Positions 54,788-64,000 of a stretch of DNA of 64,000 bases are shown here, in pieces. Location: NCBI RefSeq assembly GCF_009914755.1, contig NC_060925.1; one strand, given 5' to 3'. The notes under the pieces were generated by a model. It saw only the letters and a list, made by a program, of their open reading frames with translations. It was not told the origin of the DNA and searched no databases. Position numbers and translations under genes: made by a program. How positions within the stretch are numbered: position 1 is the first letter of the stretch; each line of letters starts with the position of its first letter. Source of the DNA: the human T2T-CHM13v2.0 reference genome, Homo sapiens.

Positions 54788-57016
54788 TCAACTATCTTAA
54801 ATATGCTCAAAAAGCTAAAGGAAACAATGGACAAAGAACTAAAGGAAATCAAGAAAAGGATATATAAAGAAAAGAGAATATTTTTAAAAGATAGAAATAA
54901 TAACAAGGAGCCAAGTAGAGATTCTGGAGCTGAAAAAATACAATAATTGAAATAAAAAATTCACTAGAGGCTTTCAACAGAAGCTCTGTGTAGGCAGAAG
55001 TAAGAAATAGCTAATTCAAAGCTAGGTCAATTGAAATTATCCAGTTTGAGGATCAGAAAAGAAAAGAGTGAAGAAAAATGTACAGTGCTTAAGAGATTTG
55101 TGGGACACCATCAAAAATACCAAAAAATAAGCATAATAGGAGTCCAAGGAGGAGCAGAGAGAGAGAAAAGGGCATAAATAATATTTGAAAAAATAATGGC
55201 CCCAAACTTCCCAAACTTTATAGAAGACATGAATTTATACATCCAAGAAAGTCAATGAACTCCAAGAAGAATGATCACAAAGAGATCCATAACAAGACAT
55301 ATTATAATCAAACCAGAAAAATGAAAACAAGGAGAGAGTCTCAAATGCAACAAGAGAAAGCAACTAGTCATGTACAAGTCATGCTCAATAAAATCAACAG
55401 CCAATTTCTCAGAAGAATCCATGATTGCCAGGAGGCAGTGGGATGACATATTTAAGGTGCTGAAAGAAAAAAAAACACCCATCAACCAAGAATTCTACAT
55501 CTGAAAAAATTATCCTTCAAAAATGAAGGAGAAGTTAAGACATTTGCAGATAAACAAAAGCAGATAGAGTTTATTGCTAGTAGACTTGTACTGTAAGAAA
55601 TACTAAAGGGAATCTTTCAGGCTGAAATAAAATCACACTAGAAAGTAACTCAAATCCCTACCAAGAAACAAAGAATGAAGGTAAATCTGACTGCATAGAT
55701 TAATACAAAAGCCAGTATTCTTGCATTTTTGCTTTGCAACTTCTCCTTTTTCCCACATGATTTAAAAGACAAATGAGTAAAACGATAATTATAAATCTGT
55801 TAATGAGCACACATGCACAAAGATGTAGTTTGTTACAACAACGTAAAGGCAGCAGAATGAAACAACATTGGAGCACAGTGTTTGTATATTATTGAAGCTA
55901 AGGTAGTGTGAATTCAAAATAGCTTGTTATAAGTTGAAGAGGTTAAATGTAACACTGAGGATAACAATACAATAACTAAAAATACAGGAAAGGAAATGAG
56001 AAAGGAATCTAAACTTAAAAATATAAACTATACATGAAAGAATAGAATAGTGGAGGGACTGAGGGGAAAAGGTTTAAGACATACAGAAAAGAAATGGCAA
56101 AATGCAAGAAGTAGGTCCTTACATATCAGTCATTACTTTAAATGTAAATGAATTGAACTCTTCAATTAAAATGCAGAGATAGGCAGAATGAATTGAAAAA
56201 ACAGGATTCAACTATTTTCTACATACAGAGATTCACTTTAGATTCAAAGGCACAAATACTTTTAGAAGAAGAAGATGGAAAATGATATTCCATGCAAGTA
56301 GTAACCAAAAGAGAGTTACAGTAGCTATACTAATATTGGCAAATAGACTTTAAGTCAAAAATTATTAGTAGAGGCAAAAAAGGACATTATACATTAATAA
56401 AAGGGTCAACCCTGCAAAAAATTATAACAATTATAAACACATATGCACCAAACAACAGCCCCAAAATATATAAAGCAAACAGTAACAAAATTCAAGGGAG
56501 AAATAGACAGTTCTACAGTAATAGTTGGAGACATCAATACCTCACTTGCAATAATGGTCAAAACAACTAGAGAGAAGATCAATAAGGAAATAGAGGACTT
56601 GGAAAACATTATAAACCAACAATACCTAACATATATATGAAAAACACTACATCCAAACACAACAAAATATACATTTTCCTCAAATGCACATAAGTCGTTC
56701 TCATAGGACAGACCATATATTAGGCCACAAAAACAAGTCTCAATAAATTATAAAAGACTTAAATATATGATGTCTTCTATGACCATAAATGGAATAAAAC
56801 TGGAAATCAAGAACAGAAGGAGAATTGGAAAATTCACAAATATGTCATAATTAACATAGTGTAAAATAATCAATGGATCAAAGAAGAAATAACAAGATGA
56901 ATTAGGATATATCTTGACACCAAGTGAAAACAAAAACAAAGCTTACCAAAACATGGGATGGAGCAAAAGTAGTGCTCAGAGGGATATTTTTATCCCTCTG
57001 AAAGAAAGAAGGAAGA

Positions 57017-58745
57017 CTAGGAATCCAACTTAAAAGGGATGTGAAGGACCTCTTCAAGGAGGACTACAAACCACTGCTCAACAAAATAAAATAGGACACA
57101 AACAAATGGAAGAATATTCCATGCTCATGGGTAGGAAGAATCAATATCATGAAAATGGCCATACTGCCCAAGGTAATTTGTAGATTCAATGCCATCCCCA
57201 TCAAGCTACCAATGACTTTCTTCATAGAATTGGAAAAATCTACTTTAAAGTTCATATGGAACCAAAAAAGAGCCCACATTGCCAAGACAATCCTAAGCAA
57301 AAAGAACAAAGCTAGAGGCATCTCACTACCTGACTTCAAAATATACTACAAGGCTACAGTAACCAAAACAGCATGGTACTGGTACCAAAACATATATATA
57401 GATCAGTGGTACAGAACAGAGGCCTCAGAAATAGCACCACACATCTACAACCATCTGATCTTTGACAAACCTGATAAAAACAAGAAATGGAGAAAGGACT
57501 CCCTATTTAATAAATGGTGCTGGGAAAACTGGCTAGCCATATGTAGAAAGCTGAAACTGGATCCCTTCCTTACACCTTATACAGAATTTAATTCAAGATG
57601 GATTAAAGACTTAAATGTTAGACCTAAAACCATAAAAACTGTAGAAGAAAACCTAGGCAATACCATTCAGGATATAGGTATGGGCAACGACTTCAATACT
57701 AAAACACCAAAAGCAATGGCAACAAAAGCCAAAATAGACAAATGGGATCTAATTAAACTAAAGAGCTTCTGCACAGCAAAAGAAACTACCATCAGAGTGA
57801 ACAGACAACCTACATAATGGGAGAAAATTTTTGCAATCTACCCATCTGACCAAGCGCTAATATCTAGAATCTACAAAGAATTTAAACAAATTTACAAGAA
57901 AAAAAAATCCCATCAAAAAGTGGGCAAAGGATATGAAGACACTTCTCAAAAGAAGACATTTATGCAGCCAACAGACATATGAAAAAATGCTCATCATCAC
58001 TGGTCATCAGAGAAATGCAAACCAAAATCACAATGAGATACCATCTCACACCAGTTAGAATGGCTATCATTAAAAAGTCAGGAAACAACAGATGCTGGAG
58101 AGGATATGGAGAAACAGGAACACTTTTACAATGTTGGTGGGAGTGTAAATTAGTTCAACCATTGTGGAAGACAGTGTGGCAATTCCTAAAGGATCTAGAG
58201 CTAGAAATACCATTTGACCCAGCCATCCCATTACTGGGTATAAACCCAAAGGATTATAAATCATGCTACTGTAAAGACACATGCACACGTATGTTTGTTG
58301 TGGCACTATTCACAATAGCAAAGATTTGGAACCAACCCAAATGTCCAACAATGATAGACTGGATTAAGAAAATGTGGCACATATATACCATAGAATACTA
58401 TGCAGCCATAAAAAAGGAAGAGCTCTTGTCCTTTGTAGGGACATGGATGAAGCTGGAAACCATCATTCTCAGCAAACTGTCACAAGGACAGAAAACCAAA
58501 CACCACATGTTCTCATTCATAGGTGGGAATTGAACAATGAGAACACTTGGACACAGGGTGGGGAACATCACACACTGGGGCCTGTCAGGGGGTGGGGAGC
58601 TGGGGGAGGGATAGCATTAAGAGAAATACCTAATGTAAATGACGAGTTGATGGGTGCAGCAAACCAACATGGCACATATATACCTATGTAACAAACTTGC
58701 ACGATGTGCACATGTACCCTAGAACTTAAAGTATATTAAAAAAAT
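57017..58745 (+). mobile_element. 5'-truncated L1PA (about PA5-7) inserted into the older L1M
   Basis: ORF2 C-terminal ORFs at 57149-57817 and 57979-58533, then the 3' UTR G-tract and A tail. TSD aaagaagga(a/g)ga at 57005-57016 and 58746-58757. Confidence 0.93.
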
Positions 58746-60790
58746 AAAGAAGGAGGAAATTTACACTTTAAAAAACTAGACAAAGAAGAGCAAACTAAAC
58801 CCAAAGCTATTAGAATGAAGCAAATCATAAAAATTAGAGCAGAGATAAATAACATAGAGAATAGAAAAACAAGAGAAATAATCAATGAAACCAAAAGTTG
58901 GTTCTTTGAAAAGATAAACAAAATTGACAAACCTTTAGCTAGATTGACAAAGAATAAAATAGAAAAGATTCAAATTACTAAAAGTAGACATAGAAGTGGA
59001 GACATTACTACAGATCTTATAGAAATAACAACTAAAAGGATTAAGAGAACACTATAAATAACTATATGCCAACAAATTGAATAACCTAGATGAAATAGAT
59101 TTCTGGAAACACATAAAATACCAAGACTGACTTAAGAAGAAATAAAAAATTAAAGAGGACCTATAACAAGAAAAGAGATTGAATCAGTACTCAAAAACCT
59201 CCTGACAAAGAAAATCCAGATGGCTTCACTGGTAAATTCTACTAATTATTCAAAGAATAATTAGTTTCAATTATTCTCAAGCTCTTCCCAAAAATAGAAG
59301 AGGAGAAAAACACTTCCTAAGTCATTTTACTAGGTCAGCATTACCCTGATACCAAAGCCAAAAATATCAGAAAAAAGAAAACTACAGACTGATATCCCTT
59401 ATGAATATTGATGCAAAAACTTTCAACAGAATACTAACAAACTGAATCCAGCTCATATTAAAGGGATTATACACCATGACCAAGTAGAATTTATCTCAGC
59501 AATGCAAAAGTGGTTCAATACATGAAAACCAATCAATGCAGTATATGATATTAACAGAATGAAGAAAAATAGACTAATGGCCATCTTAGTTGATGCAGAA
59601 AAAACATTTGAAAAAAACCAGCACCTTTTAAATAAAAACACTTTAGAATCTAGAAATAGAAGGGAACTTCCTCAGTCTGATAAAAGGCATTTATGAAAAC
59701 CCACAGCTAACATTTTACTCAAGGATAAAAGACTAAAAGCCTTTCAAATAACAGCATGAAAAGGCAACAGTGCCCAGTCTCACCACTTCTATTTAATATT
59801 GAACTGGAAGTTCTAGCCAGAGCAATTAGGCAAGAAAAATAAATAAAATGCATCTCAATTGAAAAAGAATGTGTAAAACTATTCCTATTCACAGATAACA
59901 TGATGTTGAAAATAGAAAATCCTAAAGAATCCACAAAAATGATCAGAGCTAATAAATAAATTCAGCAAAGTTGCAAGATACAAAATCAATGTATAAAAAT
60001 CAGTTCTGTTCCTACACACTAGCAATGAACAATCTGAAAAAGAAGTTAAGAAAAGCAGTTCCATGTACAGTAGCATTCAAAAGAACAAAATACCTGGCAA
60101 TAATTTAACCAGAGAAGTTCAAGATAATACACTGAAAACTAAATAACATTTCTGAAAGAAAGAAAATCTAAATAAATGGAAATACATCCTATGTTCATTA
60201 ATTGGAAGATAATATTAATATGCCGATACCACCCAAAGCAATTTATAGAGTCAATGCAATCCTTATCAAAATGTTGATTTTTTTTCATAAATGGAAAAGC
60301 TAATTCTCAAATTTATATGTGATTTCAAGATGCCCCAAGTAGCCAAAACAATATTGTAAAAGAAAAGCAAAATTGGTGGACTCACACTTTCCAATTTCAA
60401 AACTGATACAGATATGGTAATCAAAACAGTGTGGTACTGGCATAAAGATAAACTTATAGATGTCTATATGAAATTAAATTGAGAGTCCATAAATAAACCC
60501 AAACATTTATGGCCAGGTGATTTTTGACAAGAGTGCTAAGATCATTCAATAGGGAGAGAATGCTCTCTTTAACAAATGGTGCTGGGACAACTGGATATCC
60601 ACATTCAACAGAATGAAGTTGGGCCCCTTCCTCTCATTATATGCAAAAATTATCTCAAAATGTATCGATCACCTAAATATAAGAGCTAAAACTCTTAGAA
60701 GAAAACATAATGATAAATATTCATGATTTTTGATTTGGGAATGGATTCTGATATATGACACCAAAAGCATAAGTAAGAAAAGATAAAATG

Positions 60791-63700
60791 TGGGGAGGGG
60801 CCAAGATGACTAACTAGAAACAGCTGTGGTTGGAGGATCCCACTGAGAAGAACGAAAACAGTGAGTGAATCCTGCACCAGCAACTAAGGTATCCAGGCTC
60901 ACTCATTGGGACTGACTAGGTGGTTGGCATGACCCACAGGGAGTGAGGAAAACAGGGTGGAACAACAGCCCACCTGGAAGCTGATGGGGCAAGGGGTGCT
61001 CCCACCCCCAGCCAAGGGAAGTGGTGAGTGATTGTGCTACCCCACCCAGGAAACCATGCTTTTTCCATGGATCTGTGCAACCCATGGACCAGGAGATCCC
61101 CTCGTGAGCCAACACCACAAGGGCCTTGGATCCCAAGCACAGAGCTGTGCAGATTCTCAGCTGCCACTTGGCTGGAGACCGTCTAAGACTACTGAGTTCT
61201 TGGGGGAAGGGGCAGCAGCCATCACTGCAGCTTCTGTCTGCTGCTTTCCCCTGCCAGTGCCAGAGGGACTGGTGGTTTGGAACCAGGAGGAATTCCCCAT
61301 GGTGCAGCACAGCAGCTGTGGCAGACTGTGGCCAGACTGCATCTTTAGGCTGGACCCAGACTCATCCCTCCTCACTGAATGGGACCTCCCTGTGGGAATT
61401 TCAGCAACTCCAGCCAAGGGTTTATGGACAGAACCCTGATCTCCCTGGGATTGAGTCCCTGTGGGTACTGGGGCTGCGGACTCTGTGGATCATCAGACTT
61501 AGTCTTTTCCCCTGCTGGCTCTGAGGAATCTGGGCAGTCTGGATAAGTAGGATCCCCCCCACCACAGCACATCCTTTCTGCCAAGGGACAGACAGAATGC
61601 TTCATTAAGTGGGTCCCTTATCTTGTGACTCCTGACTGGGTGAGACTCCCCAGCAGGGGTTACCAGACACTTTATACAGGAGCACTCCCACTGTCATCAG
61701 TTTGGTGCCCCTCTTGGACGGAGCTCCCAGAGGAAGAAGCAGGCAGCCATCTTTGCGGTTCTGCAGCCTCCACTGGTGACACCACCAGGGTGGGGAGGGA
61801 CCCAGGTGAATAGGGTCTGGAGTGGGCCCCCAGCAAACTGCAGCAGTCTTGCAAAAGAGGGTCCTGTCTGCTAAAAGAAAAACAAACAGAAAGCAACAAC
61901 AACAGCATCAACAAAAAAGTCCCCACAAAAAGCCCATCCAAAGGTCAGCAGACTCAAAGATCAAAGCTAGATAAACTCAGGAAGATGAGAAAGAATCAAT
62001 AAAAAATGCTGAAAACTCAAAAAGCCAGAGTGTCTCTTCTCCTCCAAATGATTGTAACACCTCTCCAGCAGGGCACACAACTGGGCTCAGGCTGAGAAGG
62101 ATGAACTGACAGAAGTAGGCTTCAGAAGGTGGGTAATAATGAACTTTGCCGAGCTAAAGGAGTATGTTCTAACTCAATGCAAAGAACCTAAGAATCAGGA
62201 TAAAACATTACAGGAGCTATTCATCAGAATAACCAGCTTAGAGAGGAACATAAATGACTTGATGGAACTGAAAAACACAACATGAAAACATCACAATGCA
62301 ATCATAAGTATCAATAGCCGAATAGACCAAGTGGAGGAAAGAATTTAAGAGATTGAAGACTATCTTGCTGAAATAAAATAGGCAGACAAGATTAGAGAAA
62401 AAGGAATGAAAAGGAACAAACAAAATCTCTGAGAATTATGGGATTATGTAAAGAGACCGAACCTACAACTGATTATGGTACCTGAAAGAGACAGGTGAAT
62501 GAAACAAAGTTGGAAAACATACTTCACGATATCATCCAGGAGACTTCCCCAACCTAGCAAGACAGGCCAACATTCAAACTCAAGAAATACAAAGAACCCA
62601 GTAAGATACTCCATGAGAGGATCAACCACAAGACACATAATTATTAGATTCTTCAAGGTCAAAATGAAGGAAAAAATGTTAAGGGCAGCCAGAGAGAAAG
62701 GCCAAGTCACCTACAAAGGGAAGCCCATCAGAATAACATCAGGCCTCTCAGCAGAAACTTTACAAGCCAGAAGAGATTGGGGGTCAATATTCAACATTCT
62801 TAAAGAAAAGAATTTTCAACCCAGAATCTCATATCTGGCCAAATGAAGCTTCATAAGCAAAGGAGAAATAAAATATTTTTCAGACAATCAAATGCTGAGG
62901 GAATTCATCCACCACCAGGCTTGACTTGCAAGAGCTCCTGAAGGAAGCACTAAATATGGAAAGGAAAAGCCATTATCAGCCACTACAAAACATACTGAAG
63001 TACACAATGAAGACCAATGAAACTGTGAAGCAACTACATCAATAAGTCTGCAAAATAACTAGCTAGTATCATGATGACAGGATCAAATTCACACATAACA
63101 ATACTAACTTTAAATATAAATGTGCTAAGTGCCCCATTTAAAAGACACAGAATGGCAAGCTGGGTAAATTGTGAAGACCCATTGGTGTGCTGTATTCAAG
63201 AGACTCATCTCACATGCAAACACACACATAGGTTCAAAATAAAGGGATAGAGGAAAATCTACCAGGCAAATGGAAACCAGAAAAAAGCAGGGATTGCAAT
63301 CCTAGTTTCTGACAAAATAGACTTTAAAGCAATAAAGACCAAAAAAGACAAAGAAAGGCATGGTAAAGGGTTCAATTCAACAAGAAGAACTAACTATCCT
63401 AAATATGTATGCACCCAATACAAAAGCAGATTCCTAAAATAAGCTCTTAGAGACATACAAGGAGATGTAGACTCCCACACAATAATAGCGGGAGACTTTA
63501 ACATCCACTGTCAATATTAGGCAGATCATTCAGACAGAAAATTAACAAAGATATTCAGGACTTGAACTCAGCTCTAGATCAAGTGGACCTGATAGACCTC
63601 TACAAAACTCTCCACCCTACAACAACAGAATATTCATTCTATGCATTGCCACATGGAACTTACTCTAAAATTGATCACATAATTGGAAGTAAAACACTCC

Positions 63701-64000
63701 TCATCAAATACAAAAGAACTGAAATCACAACAAACAGTCTCTCAGACCACAGCATAATCAAATTAGAACTCAAGACAAAGAAACTCACTCAAAATCACAT
63801 AGCTACATAGAAATTGAACAACCTGCTCCTGCATGACTCCTGGTTAAATAATGAAATTAAGGCAGAAAGCAAGAAGTTCTTTGAAACCAATGAGAACAAA
63901 GAGACAATGTATCAGAATCTCTGGATGCAGCTAAAGCAGCTGTTAAGAGGGAAATTTAGAGCACTAAATGCCCACATCAAAAACCTAGAAAGATCTCAAA
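60791..64000 (+). mobile_element. 5' half of an older L1PA (about PA8-13) with 5' UTR, ORF1 remnant and the start of ORF2; continues past the window
   Basis: ggggaggggccaagatgactaactagaaacagc 5' end; ORF1 motif KMLRAAREKGQVTYKGKPIR; ORF2 start atgacaggatcaaattcacac at about 63074. Confidence 0.9.

Noticed and set aside
57149-58533. 222-aa and 184-aa ORFs
   Set aside because: These are the L1 ORF2 C-terminus in a 5'-truncated copy with internal stops.
60903-61941. Cluster of overlapping 77-135 aa ORFs on both strands
   Set aside because: They lie in a GC-richer L1 5' UTR, where stop codons are rarer by composition.

Overview
This is human (primate) genomic DNA, recognisable as the SLAM-family cluster on 1q23. 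The only protein-coding gene I can support is SLAMF6 (NTB-A/CD352) on the minus strand. Coding exons 2-8 lie at 45476-35790, with splice sites and phases checked by eye. The 3' UTR runs to about 34110, and 45477-64000 is intron 1. I found no signal-peptide exon 1 in the window, so it should lie beyond the right edge. Bases 1-34100 are intergenic and dominated by Alu, L1, L2, MIR, LTR and DNA-transposon relics, including a full-length but disabled 6.15-kb L1PA3/4. Nearly all other ORFs in the track are repeat-derived or chance ORFs. I found no convincing new multi-gene biological system. The most interesting observations are local: (1) a GC-AG intron with a competing GT donor that could give an ITSM-less tail; (2) an Alu-tail poly(A) signal and a transposon hairpin in the 3' UTR; (3) a MADE1 hairpin with compensated arms; (4) two templated-insertion scars in intron 1; (5) a candidate ETS:AP-1 enhancer; (6) an L1 antisense promoter facing the SLAMF6 3' end. 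Repeat family names come from remembered consensus sequences, and the boundaries of old repeats are approximate.
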